64,000 bases of DNA from an uncultured virus (IMG/VR IMGVR_UViG_2061766007_001347) (Duplodnaviria > Heunggongvirae > Uroviricota > Caudoviricetes). Position numbers and translations under genes: made by a program. The notes below the pieces were generated by a model, which saw only the letters and a list, made by a program, of their open reading frames with translations, was not told the origin of the DNA and ran no database searches. The stretch lies in the IMG/VR virus record IMGVR_UViG_2061766007_001347; one strand, 5' to 3'. This document shows positions 10,045-18,312 of the stretch, in pieces; the stretch's first letter is position 1; each line of letters begins with the position of its first letter.

Positions 10045-10075
10045 GGATGTACATCTACAAATTTGATATACATCC
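10045..10075 (-). promoter_or_regulatory. hairpin with embedded TGTATAT box upstream of glyA
   Basis: GGATGTA/TACATCC stem; box at 10066-10072. Confidence 0.6.
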
Positions 10076-10096
10076 TTTACTGGCGTTATCAGATCT

Positions 10097-10540
10097 TTAG
10101 TCTTCATATAACCTCTTATCTCTTACATAGGCATCTATTGTAATAAAGTCAAACCCATCTTCATGTATAATTTCAAACCCTTCTAACTTTGTAGAATTAG
10201 CCATTGCTCTTAATGAAAATTTAATATGAAGGTTTTCTTCAATAGCTTTACCTAATAATCTACCGGAAGGTGTATCAAGTACATTAGCATCAAGCCATAC
10301 AGTTACTTCATTATCATCTTTTGTATGAGTGATATATACTTTATCAATTAGAAATGCTACATACGGGTAATAAATATCAAATCTCTCTTCAAGATTAGGA
10401 TTAAGCTCACCAAGTAGGCCGTGTGCAAATGGAATCACTTTATTCTCAATGAGACTTCTTGAGTACAATACACGACTGTGTGGAATTACATTAAGCTCCA
10501 TAATTGGGAAGCTAAGCTCTCTTAATACACCGTCTTTCAT
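10097..10540 (-). CDS. T4 gp21-like prohead protease homologue, possibly inactive
   Basis: LY...LGELN, LDTPSGRLL, FSLRA and FITID blocks in gp21 order. Confidence 0.65.
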   Translation of the reverse strand: MKDGVLRELSFPIMELNVIPHSRVLYSRSLIENKVIPFAHGLLGELNPNLEERFDIYYPYVAFLIDKVYITHTKDDNEVTVWLDANVLDTPSGRLLGKAIEENLHIKFSLRAMANSTKLEGFEIIHEDGFDFITIDAYVRDKRLYED

Positions 10541-10842
10541 AATATGATATCCCTAACAATGCGACTACTCCAAATAGGATCCTCATTACAAAGATCAGAC
10601 CATTTCATTATATGCTTACTTACGTATTCATCACTGAATGCTACAGCGCCACTCCAATCGTAGAATATGTTATTTATTCTGCAAAGGAAATGCCCATCAA
10701 CAGTGTCATAATAGATCACCGGGTTGTATTGATTAAACCGCTCAGACAAAATAATCGCAAAATAATAGCAGTTGCCAGTCTTCCAATTGTAGTCTTGTTT
10801 GAATCGTCTTTCAATAAATTCTAATACTTCTTGTGCTACCAT
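10537..10842 (-). CDS. small phage protein with Cys-His-Asp pattern (papain/transglutaminase-like); paralog of 24101..24535
   Basis: GNCYYFA...GHF...YDWSG. Confidence 0.55.
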   Translation of the reverse strand: MVAQEVLEFIERRFKQDYNWKTGNCYYFAIILSERFNQYNPVIYYDTVDGHFLCRINNIFYDWSGAVAFSDEYVSKHIMKWSDLCNEDPIWSSRIVRDIIL

Positions 10843-10860
10843 AAGTTACCTCAATAAATT

Positions 10861-10899
10861 ATATACAACAAAGCCCTAGAGAACTTAATCTCTAGGGCT
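10861..10899 (-). terminator. terminator followed directly by a TGTATAT box
   Basis: AGCCCTAGAGA/TCTCTAGGGCT stem, then TTGTTGTATATAAT on the minus strand. Confidence 0.75.
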
Positions 10900-10916
10900 C
10901 ATTTCATTTATCAGGA

Positions 10917-11165
10917 TTATTCACCCATCCCTCTAAGCTCACCAATCATATCTTCAATTTGATTAGCCATAGAATCCCATCTATCTCTCATTGGGTTATC
11001 AGTACCATAATAACCATTGACAAGTTCAACAAGCACTCTATCAGCCATTGAAAGACCGCGAATAGCCTTATTGAGATCATCAGTAAGCATAGATTCATTT
11101 TTAGCTGACTTACGACTCATCATTCTCTCTAATCTTGCAACTCTTGCTTCTAATTTCTTATCCAT
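10917..11165 (-). CDS. leader-family protein
   Basis: MDKKLEARVARLERMMSRKSAKNES. Confidence 0.85.
   Translation of the reverse strand: MDKKLEARVARLERMMSRKSAKNESMLTDDLNKAIRGLSMADRVLVELVNGYYGTDNPMRDRWDSMANQIEDMIGELRGMGE
11127..11165 (-). repeat. leader repeat copy 3
   Basis: ATGGATAAGAAATTAGAAGCAAGAGTTGCAAGATTAGAG. Confidence 0.9.
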
Positions 11166-11222
11166 ATTATTTACCTCACAATCAATTGTCTTTATTGGTT
11201 TACTGTTATAATATATTAGCTA

Positions 11223-11996
11223 CTAAAGATCGCCTGGTCGTGGTAGATAGCTTAATGCAGCTTCACAGTCACGGCCTAATTTAGCCCAGTTATTAGACGA
11301 CCACATATCATCAAGATCAATTGCACGGCATGCTTTTTCTGCTTCATTTAAAGCATCAATTGCATTTTCTATAGCCTGCTTCGCTCTTATTTCTGCTGGT
11401 GACATTTCTATAGACTCATTCTTTCTAGAAAGCATCTTTTCAAGTCTAGCGATTCTTGCTTCTAATTTCTTATCCATATTTATATCTCCATTTCTAGAAT
11501 TTAACTTGTCGTTTACACTTGTCGATAGCTCAATAGTATTATTGTTACGATTCAAATTTTCATCCATATCATCATCCATATCATCATAATCATACACCGG
11601 CATATACACAGTGAACGATTTTCCATCTGGTAAAACAACTTTACATTTTGCTGTGTCACCGTCCCGCCCTTCCAATGTGATACTAGATGTGTCATCATAA
11701 TCATACATTGATTGTTCAATAGAAGAATATAGCTCTTCTGTACTACATGCGCATTCTTTAGCCCATTCATCCATATCGCCACTAGCGAGCAACTCTTTTA
11801 GTATTTTCTTTGGTTTCGAGCCAACTCTTGCATAATTACCTAATATATCATTTATGTCGAAAGAGTCTTTTTCACCGATATCATATTCTAGGGCACGCCA
11901 ACTGAACTTCGCTGGCCGGAGATACTTTTTCAATGCTTCACTCTTATTAACAAGTTTTTCTAATCTTGCTATTCTTGCCTCTAATTTCTTATCCAT
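11223..11996 (-). CDS. leader-family protein with two leaders in frame; probable second start at 11477
   Basis: MDKKLEARIARLEK at 11996 and again at 11477, each with a GGAG RBS. Confidence 0.8.
   Translation of the reverse strand: MDKKLEARIARLEKLVNKSEALKKYLRPAKFSWRALEYDIGEKDSFDINDILGNYARVGSKPKKILKELLASGDMDEWAKECACSTEELYSSIEQSMYDYDDTSSITLEGRDGDTAKCKVVLPDGKSFTVYMPVYDYDDMDDDMDENLNRNNNTIELSTSVNDKLNSRNGDINMDKKLEARIARLEKMLSRKNESIEMSPAEIRAKQAIENAIDALNEAEKACRAIDLDDMWSSNNWAKLGRDCEAALSYLPRPGDL
11439..11477 (-). repeat. leader repeat copy 4 (internal)
   Basis: ATGGATAAGAAATTAGAAGCAAGAATCGCTAGACTTGAA. Confidence 0.9.
11958..11996 (-). repeat. leader repeat copy 5
   Basis: ATGGATAAGAAATTAGAGGCAAGAATAGCAAGATTAGAA. 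Confidence 0.9.
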
Positions 11997-12007
11997 GTTA
12001 GACTCCA

Positions 12008-12283
12008 TTAAAGTTCAGGATAAATGTCTAGTAAGATATTCTCTGCTTGAGATACGAGATTCTTTGCTTGCGCTATAGCATTCATCACTTCATCACTGTA
12101 GTCAAACACACCTTTGCCATTGACAGCTTTGATATAACGAGCTAAATCATATATACCTGACTGAGCTGTTGTCAAAGCGCTATGTATTGCATCAGCCTTG
12201 ACTTGAGCTGGGTCTTTCATCTCATTCTTGACTTTAAGTGCTTTCTCAAGTCTTGCAATTCTTGCTTCTAATTTATTATCCAT
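12008..12283 (-). CDS. leader-family protein
   Basis: MDNKLEARIARLEKALKVKNEM; GAGG RBS before ATG 12283. Confidence 0.85.
   Translation of the reverse strand: MDNKLEARIARLEKALKVKNEMKDPAQVKADAIHSALTTAQSGIYDLARYIKAVNGKGVFDYSDEVMNAIAQAKNLVSQAENILLDIYPEL
12245..12283 (-). repeat. leader repeat copy 6
   Basis: ATGGATAATAAATTAGAAGCAAGAATTGCAAGACTTGAG. Confidence 0.9.
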
Positions 12284-12346
12284 ATTTAACCTCACATATT
12301 TATTTACACTGTGTAAAGTCACAACGCTTCATTTAATTTAGATATT

Positions 12347-12649
12347 CTATAATGACTCAACTATCTCACGAATTCTTACCTGATTGTTTCCAACAATTCT
12401 ATTGATCTCTTTCCCGTCTTTAAAGAAGATAATACATGGAAGGTTCTGAACTCCTAATCGCTCTGCAATCTTTTCAGCTTCTTCTACATTTGCTTTGCAA
12501 AACGTAATTCCGCCAAACTCTTTTTCGAGTTTGTCAATGAACATAGACATTGCTCTACATGGGCCACACCATGTTGCCCAGAAGTCAACAACCACAGCGT
12601 TGTTATATTTTATGACTTCATCAATGTTATCGTCTACTATATAAATCAT
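12347..12649 (-). CDS. trxA: thioredoxin
   Basis: VVDFWATWCGPC active site. Confidence 0.93.
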   Translation of the reverse strand: MIYIVDDNIDEVIKYNNAVVVDFWATWCGPCRAMSMFIDKLEKEFGGITFCKANVEEAEKIAERLGVQNLPCIIFFKDGKEINRIVGNNQVRIREIVESL

Positions 12650-12712
12650 ATAAGCTCCTGTAAAACAAAGGATGTACATCGTATGACATACATCCTATTT
12701 CAATATTACTCT

Positions 12713-15001
12713 CTATTGAAGATAATTATAATCATCTTCTTCTAACTCAGGGACATAGTTAGCGTTCTCTACTGGATCTCCTGGATGAAGATCTTTTTCT
12801 TTTACTTCTTCCATTTGTGGGATGATTTCTTTTATAGAACCATCTTCATTATAAATTGGATCAAATGGAATTAGTGAACCAAATGTAGTACCAATACTAA
12901 GATCAGGTTCTAATGTCACTGGCCAGTCCGGCAATTTTATTGTCTGACATCTCATAATAATTGGAACTACTTCATTTATTAGATACCTTGGAACGAGGTA
13001 GTTGATCTCATCGTGGATAGTCCCAATCCAGCGAACACCCTTGTCTTTATATGGAATAAATAAATCATGCCATAATCTTACGATCATCAGCTTAAGAGCA
13101 TCACCAGCACAACCCTGAACAACTGTATTCATGCATGTTCGTTTACCGAAACTTTGCATCTTCATATTTGGATTGTTCATATAGTATTTAACTCGACGCG
13201 GTCTACCAAAATATGTCTTTACATAGCCGTTCTTTTTACCAAATCTAATAGTGTTTCGTTGTGAAGCTTCAATTGAAGGAAGTGCCGATTTGAATTTGTC
13301 AATGAAATCTTCACATTCTTCAATACTCATATCTGGAAACTGATTATGAAATCCCCAAGCTGATGAACCATATAAGATACCGAAGTTTGCGGTCTTTGCT
13401 TTCTTACGAGCTTCCTTACAATAATTATCTTCACCGAAAATTCTTATTGCAGTTGCTTTATGAACGTCTTGACCTGTGTTGAAAGCCTTAACCCAAGTTG
13501 GCTCATTAAATACATTCGCAGCAAGTCGGAGCTCTTCTGCTTTCATATCGACTGAGATAATTACTGAATCATTTGTTGGTGGTCTAATTGCCATACGCGC
13601 ATTTAACTTTGGGTCTTGACCCTCAGTCAAACCAAGGCTTCCTTCTGGATTATCATCAAAAATATAACCACAAAGATCTTCATTATTCGCAATTTGTTCA
13701 GGCGTAGCTTTATGGACATTGTAGTTATGTGAATGTGGCTTTGGAATGCTTTGAAAATTTACAGGGCTAAAGAATTTATTCTTCCCATCTGTCCCACAAG
13801 CAAGACGACCAGTAGGAACTCTGCATGTAAAGTAGTTAAATCTAATTGGGTGCTTCTTCATTTCATCTTTATCTGAAATCCTTAACAAGGTTTCAAGATA
13901 TGAGTTATCAAACTTGAAGAGCTTCTTATATTCAATCAATTTACGAAGATACTCATTATCACCGTGAGTAGCTAGATAATTATCGATTGTCTTAATATCT
14001 GTCTTCATCTGCCCTGTAGCAGTTCGTTGACCAGTATCAATCCCAAGCTGCTGAAATACACCAACAAGTTCTCTACCTGAACTAATGTTATATTCCATTC
14101 CTACTTGTGAAAACAGATATTTCTTTAATTCTTCTAAACGATCTTTAACCTTTTCTCTCATTGACTTAATGTAATCATGGTCTATATAGACTGGAGTGTT
14201 CTCAAGCTTCATGAGAGGATAGAGAACTTCATTGTCAAGTTTCCCCGCGGCGCCTGACTCAGTGTAGTATCGTTCAGTCTTAAAGAATAAATGGTAAGTA
14301 CCAAGTGCGTCGATGCAAGCATATCTGTAGCCCATCTCAGATGGGAGATATCCGAAGTTAGCTTCACCGCCGGTAGTATCTTCAAATGTTGGTGGATTCC
14401 ATCCAAGGAAATGCTTTTCTGACTTTTTCAGTGAAGGCATTGGTACGTTTGTATCAGCCAGCCAAACAGAACATTGAACATCAAAGTATTTCACTTTTGA
14501 TAAATCAAATGGATAAATCTTTTCATCAGGTTCTGGTGTATAGCCATACTTTTCTGGTGTCATAAACTCCAGGAACCGCATATCGAATCTTGCATTGTAT
14601 AGCATTGTGAGCTTTGATTTACATAGCATTGCATATAAAACCTTCAGCCCTTTGTAGCCCAATGCAATATCTGGGTGAGTTAGTGGAACATAATAACCAT
14701 TATGACCATCTTGTGTAAATGAATAACCTACAATAACTCCTTCAACAAGATCACCTGTCTTTTCTCCCTGTTCTGGAGAAAGAGAACTTGTTTCGGTGTC
14801 CCACGCAAAGAACGAATCTGGCTTGAACTTGTTATTGTAGAAGTCCATTAACTCTTCATATGAGTGAATCAGATGATACTCAAGTTTGTAGACTTCTTCA
14901 AAGTTTTCTAGCACTGGGACAGCTGGGACGTAATGTTCATAGCTACCACGACTAGTTTTAATTTCATCAGATTCATCTGTTTTCTTTTTTCTTGCTGCCA
15001 T
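12713..15001 (-). CDS. family A DNA polymerase with 3'-5' exonuclease and no 5'-3' exonuclease domain
   Basis: Exo motifs WDTET, YNARFD, YACID; motif A VDMKAEELR, motif B RKKAKTANFGILYG, motif C IHDEI. Confidence 0.95.
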   Translation of the reverse strand: MAARKKKTDESDEIKTSRGSYEHYVPAVPVLENFEEVYKLEYHLIHSYEELMDFYNNKFKPDSFFAWDTETSSLSPEQGEKTGDLVEGVIVGYSFTQDGHNGYYVPLTHPDIALGYKGLKVLYAMLCKSKLTMLYNARFDMRFLEFMTPEKYGYTPEPDEKIYPFDLSKVKYFDVQCSVWLADTNVPMPSLKKSEKHFLGWNPPTFEDTTGGEANFGYLPSEMGYRYACIDALGTYHLFFKTERYYTESGAAGKLDNEVLYPLMKLENTPVYIDHDYIKSMREKVKDRLEELKKYLFSQVGMEYNISSGRELVGVFQQLGIDTGQRTATGQMKTDIKTIDNYLATHGDNEYLRKLIEYKKLFKFDNSYLETLLRISDKDEMKKHPIRFNYFTCRVPTGRLACGTDGKNKFFSPVNFQSIPKPHSHNYNVHKATPEQIANNEDLCGYIFDDNPEGSLGLTEGQDPKLNARMAIRPPTNDSVIISVDMKAEELRLAANVFNEPTWVKAFNTGQDVHKATAIRIFGEDNYCKEARKKAKTANFGILYGSSAWGFHNQFPDMSIEECEDFIDKFKSALPSIEASQRNTIRFGKKNGYVKTYFGRPRRVKYYMNNPNMKMQSFGKRTCMNTVVQGCAGDALKLMIVRLWHDLFIPYKDKGVRWIGTIHDEINYLVPRYLINEVVPIIMRCQTIKLPDWPVTLEPDLSIGTTFGSLIPFDPIYNEDGSIKEIIPQMEEVKEKDLHPGDPVENANYVPELEEDDYNYLQ

Positions 15002-15070
15002 TTCTTAAACTCCTAATGGACAAAAAGGTATATGCGCAATAGTCTTTTATCATTCGACATTGCTATGATA

Positions 15071-15113
15071 ATATACAACTAAAGCCATAGATACTTAATT
15101 TCTCTATGGCTTT
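15071..15113 (-). terminator. terminator followed by a TGTATAT box upstream of the polymerase
   Basis: AAAGCCATAGA/TCTATGGCTTT stem; box at 15071-15077. Confidence 0.7.
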
Positions 15114-15135
15114 TAGTGTGTCGTGGTGTTTATGT

Positions 15136-15507
15136 CTATTCAATGATAAACGTTCCGTACATTCCTGTGTTGTATGCTAATGTTCTACATTCTTCATCAG
15201 TGAACTTTGTCTGATCTCTCCCAATTCTATTGTAGAGATGAGTAGCTCTAATGTTACCAGCAGATACAAAGTAGCCTTTGAAATACTTGGTAAGTATATG
15301 AGTCGCTATTCCCTTATTTCTATAGTCTTGGATGATCTCAATATTAGAGATGTACTTCATATTCAATGATGATTCTATAGTACGAACTTCTCCAACGTAT
15401 GTTCCATCATGCATAATAGAGAAGTATGTAGTGTCCTGATATTCCCCATTGTCAAAGTTCTCTCTTATTGTTGACGTCTGATTAAGATATAAGTTCTCAA
15501 GATTCAT
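15136..15507 (-). CDS. GNAT acetyltransferase
   Basis: ISNIEI...YRNKGIAT acetyl-CoA motif and N..A..LY..IG. Confidence 0.75.
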   Translation of the reverse strand: MNLENLYLNQTSTIRENFDNGEYQDTTYFSIMHDGTYVGEVRTIESSLNMKYISNIEIIQDYRNKGIATHILTKYFKGYFVSAGNIRATHLYNRIGRDQTKFTDEECRTLAYNTGMYGTFIIE

Positions 15508-15526
15508 AGCATACTCCACAAACAAA

Positions 15527-15560
15527 TAAACCCCATAGATTATTACATCTATGGGGTTTA
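15527..15560 (-). terminator. intrinsic terminator
   Basis: TAAACCCCATAGAT/ATCTATGGGGTTTA. Confidence 0.8.
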
Positions 15561-15580
15561 GTACTTAACTCAATTTTCTA

Positions 15581-16132
15581 TTATTCAGCTGGATCTGGCT
15601 GAGAAGGAGCTGGAACATCTTTACAAACTAGAGCTTCAGCTTCAGTTTGGCAGGTTTTATTCTCACCACATTCATCGCCAGCAGCTTTTCCAGCACATTT
15701 ATCTTCTGGTGCATTTGCTGCGCATTTAGCTTTGTCGCCTTCTGGACAGTCTGTGCCATCATCGCATTTGCAAGCTTCAGGCTTAGCATCTTTAGCACGG
15801 CATTCTGGTTTTCCGTCTTGACCCATAATGCAGTCTTCACCTTCTTTGCAAGCTGGATCACATACTGGGGCTGGAGGATTTACATCAGCACAATCACAAG
15901 CACCATCAATGCACTTACATTCTTTACCCTCTGGGCAAGCTGGGTTGCATTTATCAGCTTCAGGTTTTACACAAGCTTCTTTTCCACCTTCAGGACAAGC
16001 TGTTCCATCATCACATTTGCATTCTGCTGCTGGTGGGTTATCACTATCTTTCTTGTCATTATCATCGCAACCTGTGAAAAAGACAACTGAGGCGATAGCA
16101 AAGAGGATAGTGAATAGATTAAATTTCTTCAT
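15581..16132 (-). CDS. cysteine-rich repeat lipoprotein
   Basis: MKK + hydrophobic stretch + FTG-C lipobox; duplicated CKCDDGTxCPEG and C(N/D)PAC.EG..C units. Confidence 0.8.
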   Translation of the reverse strand: MKKFNLFTILFAIASVVFFTGCDDNDKKDSDNPPAAECKCDDGTACPEGGKEACVKPEADKCNPACPEGKECKCIDGACDCADVNPPAPVCDPACKEGEDCIMGQDGKPECRAKDAKPEACKCDDGTDCPEGDKAKCAANAPEDKCAGKAAGDECGENKTCQTEAEALVCKDVPAPSQPDPAE

Positions 16133-16139
16133 AAATCGT

Positions 16140-16430
16140 TCCTTTATAGATTATGTAATAAACACAAGCAATGAGCTGTATTACTCATTGCTCTACATTT
16201 ACATATAATATACATGCAACAGGTGTATTGGTTAAAGGTAGGTGCAAAGTGTAAGTGTGTTTGTAGTTGCATGTATTACATGTAATACTAGATATTAGAC
16301 AAGCTGATCTTTAGTGGTACCACAAATAAGCCCATCAGATTCACTCTAGATGGGCTAAGCTCAGCTACTTATAAATACACATAGCATATAAGTTTGTTAA
16401 CTAGATCTATGCTTATCACAAATAGCGGTA
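16140..16430. other. structured non-coding region with several inverted repeats
   Basis: Hairpins at 16167-16192, 16210-16276 and 16329-16356; palindrome at 16273-16288. Confidence 0.55.
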
Positions 16431-16435
16431 GAATT

Positions 16436-17440
16436 TTAATAGGATGGACTTAGATCTCCAAGAATTAGATCTGATAGATAGTCTTGGATCTCAGCTTCAT
16501 TCGTATCATAGAAGGCTACAGGAGCTACGTCTGTGTCATCAGGCATAATGACCACTTCTTCACTCTTGTCGTTATATAGTAGCTCAGCAACTTCTTTTCC
16601 TTTATAGTATAAATCAACAGATTTATCAGTGTAGTGATCAAAGTAGAGTGTATGGCCAAAAATCTTTATGAGAAAGCTTTGAACATTTCTAATAAGATCT
16701 TTGCCGACTTCACTTGAGAATCCTTCAATGACTATATGAGACTTTTGATTTTTACATTCATGCTTATTTGCCCAATAAGCTCTTAGTGCAGCTTGAGCAT
16801 CTTCCTTAGTATCATACTCAGCATCCCAGTAGTCTTTACGGTTCTTTTTAAGAATTCTCCATTTGTTTCCTACTTTACGAATGACACCTTCTTCATCATC
16901 TTCTTCAAGAACTAAAGATTCTAGTTTAGTGATGCGTCTTTCAAGATCAGCTTCACTGATTTCTTTCTTTGGTCTGTTAAACTTCCATCGTGATTCTCTA
17001 TCAACTGATTCATTCATGCGATCGATAATTCTTTCAAGCGCATATCCAATGCATGAAAGAATAATTCTACGGTTATCTCTTGTAAGAGCAATCGAGTCTC
17101 CTGGCTGTGGAACTACATTCCTGCTTAAAGGTTCTACTTCATCACCGACTCTAATTTCCCATTCTTGAGTTTCCATATTACAAACAATTCGACATTCTTT
17201 TCCAATCTGAGCTTTCAATGCATCTTTATATTTCAAATGCATTCTACGCATAATTCTTCTATAAAATGTAGACATGTCGAATTTGCATGTAGCTATCTTT
17301 CCCCTAAATGAGACATCGGTTAGATTGCATGACTTGCATAAATATGTAAACACTTTTTCTTTTTCAGAGAAATCCTCTGATTCGTTCATTCTCTTGATTC
17401 TAGATTCTAATCTAGCAATTCGTTCTTCTAAGTTGTTCAT
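16436..17440 (-). CDS. multidomain protein with leader-like motifs
   Basis: MNNLEERIARLESRIKRMNES and internal LERRITKLESLVLEE; small IRKVGNKW...YDTKEDA domain. Confidence 0.7.
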   Translation of the reverse strand: MNNLEERIARLESRIKRMNESEDFSEKEKVFTYLCKSCNLTDVSFRGKIATCKFDMSTFYRRIMRRMHLKYKDALKAQIGKECRIVCNMETQEWEIRVGDEVEPLSRNVVPQPGDSIALTRDNRRIILSCIGYALERIIDRMNESVDRESRWKFNRPKKEISEADLERRITKLESLVLEEDDEEGVIRKVGNKWRILKKNRKDYWDAEYDTKEDAQAALRAYWANKHECKNQKSHIVIEGFSSEVGKDLIRNVQSFLIKIFGHTLYFDHYTDKSVDLYYKGKEVAELLYNDKSEEVVIMPDDTDVAPVAFYDTNEAEIQDYLSDLILGDLSPSY

Positions 17441-17451
17441 AACACCTCTCT

Positions 17452-18294
17452 TTATTTCCATTTTGCAATGACACCACGCTCCATGTACTCAGCTACTTTT
17501 TCTTTAAACTCTTCCCACTTCTTGTCGCCTTCTTCAGGAGGCCATATAAATGGTTGTGGGCAAAGCTTACCGGTTGCATCACCGTGTCGTATGATATGAT
17601 CTAGCTTAATCTTATAGACGTTAGCAAGATAAGCTACGGTCTTTGCAACATTCTCAACTGTCTCATCTTCAAAGTACCAGTCTAAATCGGTTGCTTTATT
17701 TTTATCATTCTTTTTCTTTTTCTTAACACAGAAATCGACGCCTAGTGAATAATAGTTACCTTTGAAATCGTCATCTTCTTCTTGCCATTTCATATGATTC
17801 TTAGCAGCAAGATCATATCTCCAGTCATTAGCTTTATAGTTTGCAAGCTGTTCTAATGACATTTCCTTATCTTTCTTTGGCTGATTAACTTTTCCACCAG
17901 CAACGTGCCATGCTACATACTTTAATGGAACTGCAGAATAAATATCTTTCTCATCAATATAGAAGTGTGAAGATGCATCAGTATTGTTCTTCATTGCTTT
18001 ACACATTGACTTTGCACCGACATTTATGCAAGCAGTGTAATGAACTACAATCCAAGTTGGTGGGTTACTAAATTTTCTACCGTGCGCGTATTCATAAATA
18101 GGGTTATGAATCTCAATTTCAACTGGCTCAAGTTTAATCGGCTCAGCCTCAGGTTCTACAGCCTTTTCTTCAACATGTGTCTCATATAAATCAGCATCTG
18201 AGGTCGCTGCTTCAGTTATAGTCTTTTCTATTTTAATATCACCAACAATGTTCTTAAGCATGCAACCAAGTTTACTGCACCAACTTTTTAACAT
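17452..18294 (-). CDS. N-acetylmuramoyl-L-alanine amidase (Amidase_2), candidate endolysin
   Basis: IVVHYTA, SSHFYID, AWHV, IIRHGDATGKLCP Zn-ligand motifs. Confidence 0.88.
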   Translation of the reverse strand: MLKSWCSKLGCMLKNIVGDIKIEKTITEAATSDADLYETHVEEKAVEPEAEPIKLEPVEIEIHNPIYEYAHGRKFSNPPTWIVVHYTACINVGAKSMCKAMKNNTDASSHFYIDEKDIYSAVPLKYVAWHVAGGKVNQPKKDKEMSLEQLANYKANDWRYDLAAKNHMKWQEEDDDFKGNYYSLGVDFCVKKKKKNDKNKATDLDWYFEDETVENVAKTVAYLANVYKIKLDHIIRHGDATGKLCPQPFIWPPEEGDKKWEEFKEKVAEYMERGVIAKWK

Positions 18295-18312
18295 CGCTAA
18301 TTCTCCAATAAT

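Noticed and set aside
16140..16430. tRNA gene in the long intergenic region
   Set aside because: No cloverleaf or T-loop GTTC(G/A)A signature was seen on either strand.
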